DNA of 64,000 bases from Eledone cirrhosa. Its lineage: Eukaryota. The DNA is taken from NCBI GenBank assembly GCA_964016885.1, contig OZ024749.1:17732001-17796000 (forward strand), given 5' to 3'. The position numbers were made by a program, and so were the translations under genes. The notes under the pieces were generated by a model. That model did not search any database. It was not told the origin of the DNA and saw only the letters and a program-made list of their open reading frames with translations. Of the stretch, positions 12,443 to 26,779 are shown one piece after another; position 1 is the first letter of the stretch, and each line of letters begins with the position of its first letter.

Positions 12443-14315
12443 TAAGGCTTTACACTTAGCCAAAGTCCCACAGCCATTGGTAGCTGCTGTTAAACACCTG
12501 ACCAAGAACTGGTACACCAATTTGATTCTTAACGGTGAGAAGGAGCAAGTTAAGACTGATAAGATACATTACCAGAAGGGCACCTTTCAGGGTGATAGCT
12601 TGTCAGTGCTACTCTTCGTTCTCTCACTAAATCCACTATCTTACCTACTCAGGAAACAAGGTGAACAAAGAAGTGGGTCCAGAAGTATCTCCCATCTTTT
12701 CTTTGTTGATGACCTGAAGTTGTATGGGCCAAATATCAATGACATCAAGAAACAATTGGACCCCATTACACAATTTTCAACAGACATCAAAATGAAATTT
12801 GGTGAGTCCAAGTGTGCATATTTGGCAGTAAAACATGGAAGAGATGTGCCCTCCTCTAGAAATCTAGAGATGAACAGCCTGACAATACAACCTCTACAGT
12901 CAGCTGACAACTACAGATATCTTGGACAGGATGAGAATGTCAGATATGATGGACCCATAAATAAGGAGAGAACCAGAACTGAATACCTCAGAAGAGTAAA
13001 AAAAATATGGTCATCAGAACTGTCAGCGTACAACAAATACATTGCCCACAATACTTATGCTGTGCCAATTCTAACGCCAACATTTGGCCTGCTGAACTGG
13101 TCATTGCAAGAACTAAGTGAGATGGCTGTTAGAACTCGTAAACTTCTCAGTGTTACTGGGAACTTTAACATCAATGCTGATGTGGATAGGCTATACTTCT
13201 CACGCAAGGAAGGTGGCCGGGGTCTAAAATCCATATTAACAACATATGAGACCCGGATAGTAACACTGAAGCAACACCTTCAACAGAGGAAAAAGGTTGG
13301 CAACCATCTTGCCCAGGTTTATGAGCATGAAAAAAAAATATCATTAGAATAGCGACTGATTTGGAGGAGAGATATGGAATAAAGCCTGATATAAATCTCT
13401 CACCCAGAGAAATCGGAAGATCCTATTCAATGTTCAAACAAGATGAAAAAATTGACCAATTTACAGAAAAAGTTGTGCATGGATATTTGAGACGTAAAAC
13501 ACAGACCATAGAGGGGATAAACCACTCAAAAGGCCTGGCATGGAGTTCCGACAATTTTATGACATCACACCTTGAGGGATATCTCTATGCAATACAGGAA
13601 CAAGAACTCCCTACCAAATATCTGCTGCACAAAAGGGGAGGGCCAGCAGATGCAAATAAATGTAGGCTATGTAAAACAAAGAACGAGGATGTAAGCCACA
13701 TTGTTGCCAGCTGCGAAAGAATATTATCTCGCTACTACCTCCCCATGAGACATGATGGGATAGCTAGAACCATCTGGAACGCACTTCGGAAAACAAAATT
13801 AACAACAAACGAGGAAGAATATATTGAGACAGATGGCACTAAGGAATACTGATGGAACCTGAAAATAAAAACTGCCACCAAATTAAAGCACAACCGGCCT
13901 GATGTTGTTGTTTGGGACCACACATTGAAAACGTGTTCTGTTGTGGAGATCAGCTGCCCACTTGATGTAAACGTTGTCAGAAAAATACAGGAGAAGGAGG
14001 ACATCTACAGACCATTGAAGAGGAGTTTACAAATCCAGTATACAAGATAAACCTTTAGCTTCATACCCATCATTATTGGAGCTACGGGTTATATACCAAC
14101 CCGCTTGGACCAAAGTATGACTGAACTTGGATTTGTGGACAAAAAGCGCAGCTCCCTAATTCATAGTCTACAAATGGCTGCGATAGCTGGCACCTTCAAA
14201 ATTTGCAAAACATTCTTGTGATTCAAGGTATGACAATTTCTTTTCTTTTACAAGCTTGCCACCAGGAAGGTGGCCGGTCAAAAAAAATATACTCGAAATT
14301 AAGAGAAAGAGATAA
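12443..14315 (+). mobile_element. R4/Dong-type LINE with restriction-like endonuclease, 5'-truncated
   Basis: [47 protein letters not shown], then NRPDVVVWD..VEISCP in a downstream frame. Confidence 0.9.
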
Positions 14316-14528
14316 CATATATATATACATACATATATATATATACATACATATATATATACATACATATATATATACTTATATACATATATATATATAC
14401 ATACATATATATATACTTATATACATATATATATATATACATACATATATATATACTTATATACATATATATATATATATACATACATATATACATACAT
14501 ATATATATACTTATATACATATATATAC

Positions 14529-14561
<33 letters not shown>

Positions 14562-14881
14562 CTTATATACATATATATACATACATATATATATACTTAT
14601 ATACATATATATATATATATATATATACATATATATATACTTATATACATATATATATATATACATATATATACTTATATACATATATATATATATACAT
14701 ATATATACTTATATACATATATATATATACTTATATACATATATATATATATACATACATATATATATACATACATATATATATACTTATATACATATAT
14801 ATACATACATACATATATATATATATACATACATATATATATATACATACATACATACATATATATACATACATACATACA

Positions 14882-14913
<32 letters not shown>

Positions 14914-15006
14914 CATATATATATACATATACATACATACATACACATACATACATATATATACATACATACATATATATACATACATATATACATATAT
15001 ATATAT
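14316..15006. repeat. Degenerate (TA)n tract with TACA/TACTTA variants
   Basis: Directly visible. Confidence 0.95.
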
Positions 15007-15169
15007 GAGTCCACAACAATGCACGAGGGAAACCTAAGGGCAGCAGCAACAAACTCCCTCTTACACCAGTGGCCAACCAATACAGGCTGGAGATAAAATG
15101 TGTTGCAACAAGGGCGGTGCCCCAGCATAGCCTCAGCCGATGGCTGGAACAGGTAAAAGAGTAAAAGGG
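15007..15169 (+). mobile_element. 3' end of a CR1-group LINE with (GTAAAAGA)n-like tail
   Basis: Translates ...[15 protein letters not shown], similar to the C-terminus [13 protein letters not shown] of the LINE at 42085-43808; followed by gcggtgccccagcat..aggtaaaagagtaaaag. Confidence 0.6.
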
Positions 15170-15213
15170 TATATATGTATATGTATATATATATGTATGT
15201 ATATATATATGTA

Positions 15214-16241
15214 TCATAATCTATAAATCTCAGTGTATGGTCACGTTTCTTTGTTATAGAAATCTACGATATAGAATTTCTTCAATTGAAATTTACAATT
15301 CAGTATTCGAAATAGATTCGATTGGGTCATGGCACATATATTTTTTTCAATTTCACCCACAATTACGCAAAAAAACGATAAAACTTAATATTTTACGATG
15401 ACCTCTCTCATTTCAACTGGTTGCTCTCTTTCCATTACTCCTTCAAAATCTATACAACTTCATACTTTCTGCTACTTTCTCTTTCCAAGCTGAAACAACA
15501 CGTAAAATGAAACTAAATTATTCTTTTCATTTTACATTGTTCATGTTGATGGTGATACTGTCCGTTTTACTCTCTCATATCATCTGCTAACCTCTATCTA
15601 CAACCCACACATTTAGCTACTTTCTCTTTTATACTAAATTTGGTTTATTCACCGTTAGCATTTCCCATCATGTGAGTTAACAAATAATTTTTTAAAACTC
15701 TATTCGCAGACTTCCTTAAACAACAAGATCAATTGCGTAGCTGGTAAAGCTATGTAGCAGATAAAAGGCTATGTAGTCAGTACGATGTTATATAGCATGA
15801 AAAGTTTATATAACCGGTAAATGTTATGTCGCCGTTAGCATGTGTGTGTGTGTGTGTGTGTATTACCGTCAATACACACGTGTGTGTGTGTGCGTGTTTC
15901 AATGTAGTTTTCGTTAACAATGACGAGAGTACAATCGCGCCAGAAACAATTCAATTTCTCATTCTTAACTGCTAGGGACATTCACAGGTTCATTAAGCAC
16001 TTTCAGTAAGGAATAAAAAAATTAGGGATTGAACCAAAAACCACGACATAAACAGGCACCAACAAACGTTTTCTTTGTCCTGCCAAAAAGTGATTGATCC
16101 TATCCCTTTCACCTACGACTTCAGTTAGGTCAGGCGAAAGTCAAATAGACGGGATCACCTATGTAGGTACAAACCCTGCTGCGGTATGTCTATTTTTCTA
16201 GCTAATATATATATATATATATATATATAAATCTTAATTTG

Positions 16242-16281
<40 letters not shown>

Positions 16282-16380
16282 TTAATTTGATTATATATAT
16301 AAACCGTGTATAAAAATATAACATAAATTCATTTAACACAACTGAAACTGGATTTTAGTCTTCAAATTTATTATTATTAC

Positions 16381-16412
<32 letters not shown>

Positions 16413-16557
16413 ATATTCGTATACAGATATTTTTGCATACACAGTAACAACATATAAACAAACGCATTTATTTGACGAGGCTCGATAAGGATAAATATAT
16501 ATCAAATATATAAGAACCCTAGAGCAAATCCCGAGCAACGCCGGGCCATTCTGCTAG
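15214..16557 (+). mobile_element. Non-autonomous Helitron
   Basis: 3' hairpin cccgagcaacgccggg (16530-16545) followed by CTAG/T at 16554-16558; 5' A/TC candidates at 15214 or 15220. The 3' end is better supported than the 5' end. Confidence 0.6.
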
Positions 16558-16612
16558 TATATATATATATGTATGTATATACATATATATACATACATAT
16601 ATATATACATAC

Positions 16613-16643
<31 letters not shown>

Positions 16644-16648
16644 CATAC

Positions 16649-16684
<36 letters not shown>

Positions 16685-16809
16685 GTATGTATATATGTAT
16701 GTATATATATATATGTATATATATATATATGCATATGTATATATATATGTATGTATATACATATATATATACATATATATATATATACATACATATATAT
16801 ACATATAAA

Positions 16810-19005
16810 TTTCCGGTTGCTTGGTTGGTTCCAGAACCAGACGATTGTTCATATATGGTCAAAGTTCTTTCGTCTGTATATATATACAACACTGTACTCC
16901 AGAACATCCTGAGCTCAATATGGACATCATGTGCAGCATCGGTGCCACGTAAGCGGAAAAAACATCCCAAAAGTGCAATTTGGGCAACTGCAGCAGTCCA
17001 TCTTGCCAGAAAAGAACGGCGCAATGCTGAACGCGAGTACAAACTACACAAATCAGACATTAATATAAACAGGCGAAATAGATCGTCCAACCACCTCAAA
17101 CAGGTGACAAAAAAGGCAGTGCTTCAATTTGAGCAGCGCATAGCAACCAGCCCTGACAGTAAGGTGTTCTGGAAGTATGTTCACTCAAAGCAGAGGCCTC
17201 ACTCTCCAGTCCCCACACAAGTCAGGTGACTGACGACTCCAAGGAATGTGCAGAGCTCATTGCTGAATGCTATGCAGGCATTTTCACTATTGAAGAGCAG
17301 AGTGTACCATCTCCACCACCTATGACACCGGACTCTATTACAACCATGGAATTTACACCTGCAATGCTGCGACGTCACCTAAAAAATAAACGCAACCATG
17401 CCTCTCCTGGTCTTGATGGTGTTACGTACCTGCTTCTTAAACGTGGTGGGTACTTCCTTTTGCACCAGTTATCACGCTTCTTCCAATTCTGTCTGAACAA
17501 GTGCTAATCCAGAACAGTGGAAAACTGCCAGTGTCATTCCTCTGTTCAAAAAGGGTGACCGCACATCACCTGTGAACTATCGTCCAGTCAGTCTTACTAG
17601 TTGCATCACCAAACTGATGGAATCCTGTGTCAGAGAAACACTTTGGAACTTCTGGAGCTCTCACAGTCTTATCCTCGCAATTTGGATTTATCCCCAACTC
17701 CAGCTGCTGTGACCAACTTATAGAGTTTCTTGAGGACATCACCTGGATCACTGATGGCGGCTCATGGGTGGATGTTGTTTACCTTGACTTTGCGAAAGCC
17801 TTCAATTCTGTGCCACACAAAAGGCTTATGGCAAAACTCTCTGCAATAGGTGTGAAGGATGATCTTTTTAACTGGTTGAAGTCCTTCATTCTCAGTCGAA
17901 GAGAGGTAGTCACGGTTCTGGGACAGCATTCCTCACTATATGAGATGTCATCTGGTGTACCACAGGGATCTGTTCTTGGCCCCCTTTTGTTTGTGGCATA
18001 TATTAATGACATAGATGCCAACTTAAAGAATGCCATGGTACTAAAGTACGCAGATGACATCAAGCTGTACCTTGAGATAAAAAGGACAGATCCTGAACAC
18101 TATAGATCTTGCTTGCAGTCTGACCTGGACACAATGCAACAAGGGATCTCAGACTGGCAACTCAAGCTAGCTGTGGACAAGTGCACTACCATGCATTTTG
18201 GGAGTAAAAACCCAGCGTCCACATACTCCCTCCACAGCACTAATATCAAGAAGTCTTCTTGTGAATGTGACCTGGGCATTACGGTCAGCAGCGATTTGCG
18301 TTGGACGAAGCACGTCTCTAAAATTGTCAAGAGGACCGAGGGTGTCTTAGCATCACTCAGCAAGACCTTTGTCAGATATCTATTTAAGGCTGTACATGAC
18401 TATGGTGCGGCCACACTTAGAATTTGCATCACCAATCTAGAACGACTATCTTGCTCACAACATTGACCGCCTGGAAACTGTTCAGAGACGCGCAACCAAG
18501 CGAATACCCTCCATCAGGCATCTACCGTATTCTGAGCGCCTTGCTTCCCTGAGCATGGATACAGTGAAGCTCCGACGCCTGGCAACTGACTTGGTAAACA
18601 CCCACAAAATTGTTAACCATGTTGCCAACAACAACCCTGAGTACCTTTTTGATTCCCATGTGTCTAACACACGTGGACATGCCCACAAAGTCAGAAAACA
18701 GCACAGTTCCCATGACTTTCGGAAACATCTTTTCACGCTCAGAGTTGCTGAAGCATGGAACAAACTACCTGCATCAGTTGTTAGCTGTTGAGACACTGCA
18801 TCCTTTAAGGCCTCCATGCTTCCCGAGATCTGCCAACACTACAGCTAATGTTCCCCCTCCATACACATACATACATGTATACCATGACTCATACACTATT
18901 CACTTCCCTGAAATTTGTGTATTATTCTATGTACTATACATACACCTTTGACGAGTTGTAGTGCACCTGAGCACTTTACACACAATAATTTCATTATTAT
19001 TTTAT
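16810..19005 (+). mobile_element. CR1-group LINE, 5'-truncated, disrupted
   Basis: [73 protein letters not shown]; (ATT)n end. Confidence 0.93.
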
Positions 19006-19022
19006 ATATGTATATATATATA

Positions 19023-19631
19023 TGGTGGCTGCCAACTCGTTTTCGAGTACGGCCACTACTTTATATCCATGTAGGAGAACACCTACTGATGCGCTAAACA
19101 AGTGTGACTTTTTAGTCCAGCCAGCGACTTGAAAACTCTGGTACAAACACTACACCTGTGACAATTATTGACACATAGTGCTGGGCCCATGGCACCATGT
19201 GACGACAAGTGCAGAGAGATCTCCAGATATAAAGCAATGCCTGTGCCGTGAAGCTTTTATAGTGAGCAAAGGCACTACACAAAGCCAGTCCCACTCTCTT
19301 AACCAAGATGATATTTACCAAAAAGAAGAACAAGTCAACATCATTGGATACCATCAGGGTTGCAGGTGTTATATCAGAGTTTTCCTTCTCCTAGAATTCT
19401 GCCTTGACAAAGGCTAAGGGGTCATCTCTCCCGGTGATTTTGGATGGACATTGACTCTTAAGAGGTCCTTTGCCCTTTGACAGGTTTTGTTTTTAGACCT
19501 GCAGGATGTCCAAAGTCACCCTCCTCACCAAGAAACCTTGGTGGGGTTGCCAGTTTAGTCGCCAACGACCCGACCATGGGACAGGTTATACTGGGATACA
19601 TGTTACCAGTAGCACCAACTGGAGACCCGAC
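19023..19631 (-). mobile_element. Non-coding ~600 bp element, copy 1 (probable non-autonomous RTE derivative)
   Basis: Direct near-copy at 19675-20277; minus strand has ctaggagaaggaaaactctga, a motif I recall from RTE 5' UTRs; flanked by TA on both sides. Confidence 0.6.
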
Positions 19632-19674
19632 ATATACATATATACATACATATATATATACATACATATATACA

Positions 19675-20277
19675 TGGTGGCTGCCAACTCGTTTTCGAGT
19701 ACGGCCATTACTTTATATCCATGTAGGAGAACCCCTACCGATGCGCTGAACGAGTGTGACTTTTTAGTCCAGCAGGCGACTTGAAAACTCTGGTACAAAC
19801 ACTACACTTGTGACAATTATTGACACAGGCCCATGGTACCATGTGACGACGAGGGCAGAGAGATTTTCAGATATAAAGCAATGCCTGTGCCGTGAAGCTT
19901 TTATAGTGAGCAAAGGCACTGCACAAAGCCAGTCCCACTCTCTTCACCAAGATGATATTTACAAAAAACAAGAACACAACTCAATATCATTGGATACCAT
20001 CAGGGTTGCAGGTGTTATATCAGAGTTTTCCTTCTCCTAGAATTCTGCCTTGACAAAGGCTAAGGGGACATCTCTCCCGGTGATTTTGGATGGCCATTGA
20101 TTCTTAAGAGCTCCTTTGCCCTTTGACAGGTTTTCTTTTTAGTCCTGCAGGATGTCCAAAGTCACCCTCCTCACCAAGAAACCTTGGTGGGGTTGCCAGT
20201 TTAGTCGCCAACGACCAGACCATGAGACAGGTTGTACTGGGATACAAGTTAGCAGTAGCACCAACTGGTGACCTGAC
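19675..20277 (-). mobile_element. Non-coding ~600 bp element, copy 2
   Basis: Same termini as copy 1, separated by a ~43 bp TA tract; scattered substitutions and a small indel. Confidence 0.6.
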
Positions 20278-20321
20278 ATATATATATATATATACATATG
20301 TATATACATATATACATATAC

Positions 20322-21887
<1,566 letters not shown>

Positions 21888-21893
21888 TACACA

Positions 21894-21977
<84 letters not shown>

Positions 21978-22058
21978 CATATATACATACATATATATAT
22001 ATACATAGATATATATATATATATACATATATATACATACATATATATATATACATAG

Positions 22059-22089
<31 letters not shown>

Positions 22090-22093
22090 CATA

Positions 22094-25000
22094 TTTCGTT
22101 TCTGAATTTGTTTAGCAAGATTCTTTATCTGAAATCGTGTGTTGAAACCGATATTGTTATACTTTGGGAGGGTCATGTTGCCAATAAGAAACACACGCAC
22201 CAGTTGCTTTCACTTCAATTTAATTTAATATATATTTATAAATTTACAAATTTATAAATTTCTGGTTGGTTGGTTGGTTCCACAACCAGATAGTTGTTTA
22301 TATATATATAGTCATAGTTCTTTCGTCACACACTCTGTGACCTCTTCAGTGACTGGGGATTTCTTTCTTCGTTTCTGTGCCTTTCCTTTCTTCTATCCTA
22401 CGCCATTTTGTTTGTGTGTGGGTTGCGTGCTCAGTTTGCGCATGCGCCACATCCGGGTGTCTGTGTGTGTTTGTGTTCATTTTTCTATTTTTCTATTTAT
22501 ATTTGTTTGTTTATTTATTTATTTATTGTTGGTTGGTTGTTTGTTCTATGTGTGTGTGTGTTTTCATTTTGTCTTGTGTGTGTTTTCATTTTGTGTGTGT
22601 TTTCAATTGTAAGTTGTTTATATATGTGTGTGTGTGTTTTCATTTTGTCCTTAATTGTAAGTTGTGATGTTGCTGTTCCACTCATATTTTCTATTTAATT
22701 TTGGTTTTAATTCTTTTATGCTTACTGCCTCTGTAATTTGCCTAAACATTGCGTCTTTCTTGTGTGTGGATTCTATTTTTATTTCTATGCTCTCTAATTT
22801 ACCCCTGTGTTCTATCTTAGCATGTTGGTAGAGCACAGATGATTCTTTACTATCTTGGAGGTCTCGCCAGTGTTCATTTATTCGTTCCCCTATACTACGA
22901 GCTGTCTCACCTATGTACACTATATTTTTGTTTCTACATTGTCCCTCAGTACATCTTATGCTATATACTACATTTCTAGTTTTACAGTTAATATGGGGGC
23001 TTGTTTTACAGGTTATACATTTCTTATCTATACATGAGGGTCTTTGGAACGGGTATGTCTTGCTAATAAGTGTTTTTACGGAGGTACCAGGTCTTTCTAC
23101 TATCTTAATATTGAGATTATGTTTCTTTAGGGCCCTTCTAAATTTGTAGGCTAGTTCGCCTCTAGGGGTTGTATTGATGAACATTACACTCTGGTATTTA
23201 TTGCTATCATACCATGAGTTTATTCTATTGGCCTTGTTCTTAGTTCTTTCTATTCTATTCCAAAATTTGCTCCTATACAAGGGGCAGGTCCCATTTATGT
23301 CATTATTTACCATTTTTTCCCATTTGGTTCTGGCTCCTTTATACACTCTGATTCTATCTCTCTGATTGTAGCCAGAGAACTGCATACGGTGGATGAAGTG
23401 TTGTATGTGTCTCTCTAGTTCTTCGGGGTTGCACATGCGGGACACATTTCTCATCACCCGTATCAAATCCGCAATCAGTATGTTGATTTTGGTATGGTCC
23501 GAAATGGCCGAGTTTCGGTGGATCAGATGTTTGGAAGTCATGGGTTTGGCATAATGGGAATGGAGGATTTGTTTTTGGTGGTTAATAGTATCTAACCAGA
23601 GCTCTGTGTCTAGTACAGGTAATCGATGGTTGGGGTGTCTACTTGGGTAGTCTATAGTAACTCTAATGCTCTGGTGGATGGAGTTTGCTATTTGCTGGAT
23701 GCTTTCCATTGTGTTTTTCTCAGGTTCCTGACTGTTCTTTAGTGGGGGTGTCTTAACTATGATGTTAATATCATCTACGTAGCGGGAGTACATTATCAGG
23801 GTTAAGCTGTCTTCTAATTGTTCTTTAAGTTTTTGTTTAAGTCTACTGTCCCACCATACCATGAACAAGTTAGCTATGTCGCCTGCAATGCTAACACCAA
23901 TGGCTGCTCCTTCCTCTTGGGCATATGTTTTACCATTAAATTTGAACATATGTTCCTTAAGGGTTAATTTTATGCTGGCCCCTACCGCATGTGCAATCAT
24001 TTTCTTCAGTTCATCGTGGTTTTCGGGTGTCCGTATGGCTCTCGTCCACTTCCGTTCCATCTATCTGTGTGGGTTTTCTTGGCCATTGAGGTAATGGTAG
24101 GTGGTCTGCCTCTTGCTGGTCTTGTAGGGCACAGGTTGCTAAGGTCATAAGTGTCTAGGTAACTATTACTATGGGTAAGTTTAAGTAGAAGTCCCAGCTC
24201 ACTGGTATCAATCCCACGGAACTCAACCTTGCTCTCGCTGATCATTTCGACGCATTTCTCCACAGCAAAATCCACGTCAATAGATGGATACAGGGACACA
24301 ACATCCATACTGCCTATTATGCAGTTTGTTAGGTCCCCAGATCGGTTACCCGCGTCGATTCTGCTGAGGAGGTCCTCCGTGCTGTCACACACATCTGGGG
24401 ACATCTCAATGATGGGGCGTATGATCAGGGAGAGGAAGTAGGACAGTCTGTAGTTACTAGCAATGTTAGCCCCACAGACTGGCCGTGTTGGTGGTCCCGC
24501 AACAGGGTCCCAGCCCGTTTTATGGTCTTTTCGAAGCCCATACAACGCCGGCACGTCATTGTTCCAGGCCTGGAAGTTGTTGGCAGTCCTTTTGTTGGGC
24601 TGCATTATATTTGTCCACATCACCATATGGGCATTGAGGGTTTTTTCTCTATCCTCATGCTCCTGTGGTGTTACCTCTCTTGTGTTAGTGATGTGGGGTT
24701 GCATTGCCTGGATGTAGTTTGGCAGGCTGTCAACCGACATTCTGCCAGACTTGTCTGTTGGAAAGCATGCTATCTCTCCATTACGCGAGCGCTGCACGAG
24801 CTTACGCAAGCCATTTGCAGATTCTTCTCCCAGTTGCTGGGCCTCTATTCTATTATGCTTCTTGCTATACTGTTCTATAATATTTCTAAGTTCGGATTTA
24901 GCTATACTAAATTGTGCTTCTGTTTGTTCATCGACCTGCGACGGCAACTGCGTGCGTTTGTTAAATGGCAAAGTCGTGGCGTGGACTCGTCGTAGGTCGA

Positions 25001-26037
25001 ATGATTTATCGGAGGGGTTATAAAACGGAGAGTTCCAGGCTGCTGCTTTATGTGTACTAGCGCTATTGTTAGTTGTGTTGTTTCTATTTCCACCAACAGC
25101 AGCAGCCTCAGCTTCATGGTTGTTTCTATGTCTCTCATAATTACTCCTGTCTCTTTCCACTGGCTCAATGTTGTTATCTACCCTATTTTGTGTGTCTGTG
25201 TGTTCGTCTTGGTTATTCTCTTTGTCCTTAGTCTCCCTACTCCTTTTAATCCTATTACTTTCTCTTATTTCTCTGATTTCTGTGCTACTGTCATTACTTG
25301 TTTTCTGTGTCTGTGTGTTTGTTAAGATTGTAGTGGTGGTGAGAGGCATTGAATGTGTGTGTGTTGTTGTTGTTGATGTGTGTTGTTGTTGATGTGTGTT
25401 GTTGTCTCCGTGTGTGTGTGTGTTATCGTTGTTGTGTGTGTTGTTATTGTTGTTTGTGTTTGCGTGTCTGTTGTTGTTGTATCTGGGTATGTTGCTGTTG
25501 TTGTTGTTGTTGATGTGTGTGTTGTTGTTATTGTTGTCTCCGTGTGTGTTGTTATTGTTGTTTGTGTCTGCGTGTCTGTTGTATCTGGGTATGTTGCTAT
25601 TGTTGGTATTGTATCTGGGTATGTTGCTATTGTTGTTGTTATTGTTGTTTGTGTCTGTGTGTCTGTTGTTGTTGGGATGTGCGTTGTATATGTGTGTGCG
25701 TATATTGTTGCTTTTGTTTTTGTTTTTGATGCTCCAGCGTAGTTTCGTAAATGATTTTTCTATTTCTGACAGACAACTAATCATATTTACCTTCTTGAAT
25801 GTCGCAAATTTGGGTGGCAGACGTAACACAGACATTTCATTATTATCTATTTTCGTGTTTCCATAAATGTTGGTATTTTCATTGTTGAACTCTTCAGATA
25901 ATGAGGTGTCGGCCATGTTGATACCGTCAATTTTGTCGGGATATCTATTGGTATACTCTATAGTATCCCGATTTAGCTTTGCCTGTTTAAGCCACTTTAA
26001 TTTTCTGTTAAAGTGCTTATTACATTCTTGAGTAATG
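22094..26037 (-). mobile_element. Penelope-like element family A (tentatively Neptune-like), copy 1, with 57 nt 3' tail
   Basis: ORFs 24006-26037 and 22651-24060 (one frameshift): [37 protein letters not shown], Cys-rich linker, NVVY..YIGET..ERINEH. Confidence 0.95.
22310..22354 (-). ncRNA. Hammerhead ribozyme in PLE-A 3' region
   Basis: Minus: agtca-CTGAAGA-ggtcac-agagtgt-gtgac-GAAA-gaa-CTA/tgact. Confidence 0.85.
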
Positions 26038-26058
26038 TACATATACATATATATATAC

Positions 26059-26141
<83 letters not shown>

Positions 26142-26143
26142 AC

Positions 26144-26174
<31 letters not shown>

Positions 26175-26202
26175 CATATATATATATATGCATATATATA
26201 TA

Positions 26203-26252
<50 letters not shown>

Positions 26253-26285
26253 CATATATATATATATACATATATATATATATCC

Positions 26286-26324
<39 letters not shown>

Positions 26325-26465
26325 CATATATATATACATATATTCATATATATACATATATATACATATATATACATATATATATACATATATACATATA
26401 TATACATATATATACATATATATACATATATATATACATATATACATATATATACATATATATAC

Positions 26466-26498
<33 letters not shown>

Positions 26499-26521
26499 CA
26501 TATATACATACATATATATAC

Positions 26522-26554
<33 letters not shown>

Positions 26555-26631
26555 CATATATACATACATATATATACATATATATATATATACATATATA
26601 TATATACATATATACATACATATATATATAC

Positions 26632-26664
<33 letters not shown>

Positions 26665-26735
26665 CATATATACATATATATATACATATATACATACATA
26701 TATATACATATATATATATATACATATATACATAC

Positions 26736-26779
<44 letters not shown>
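26038..26779. repeat. Degenerate (TA)n tract (TACA variants)
   Basis: Directly visible. Confidence 0.95.

Noticed and set aside
11663-12520. Antisense and alternative-frame ORFs over LINEs (also 28019-28735, 34114-34596, 37684-38443)
   Set aside because: Shadow frames of element ORFs or low-complexity sequence, with no recognisable motifs.
22651-26037. Selenoprotein-type or permuted (N-terminal endonuclease) PLE
   Set aside because: GIY-YIG is C-terminal in every coding copy and conserved Cys positions read as Cys. The in-frame stop at 45132 is TAA.
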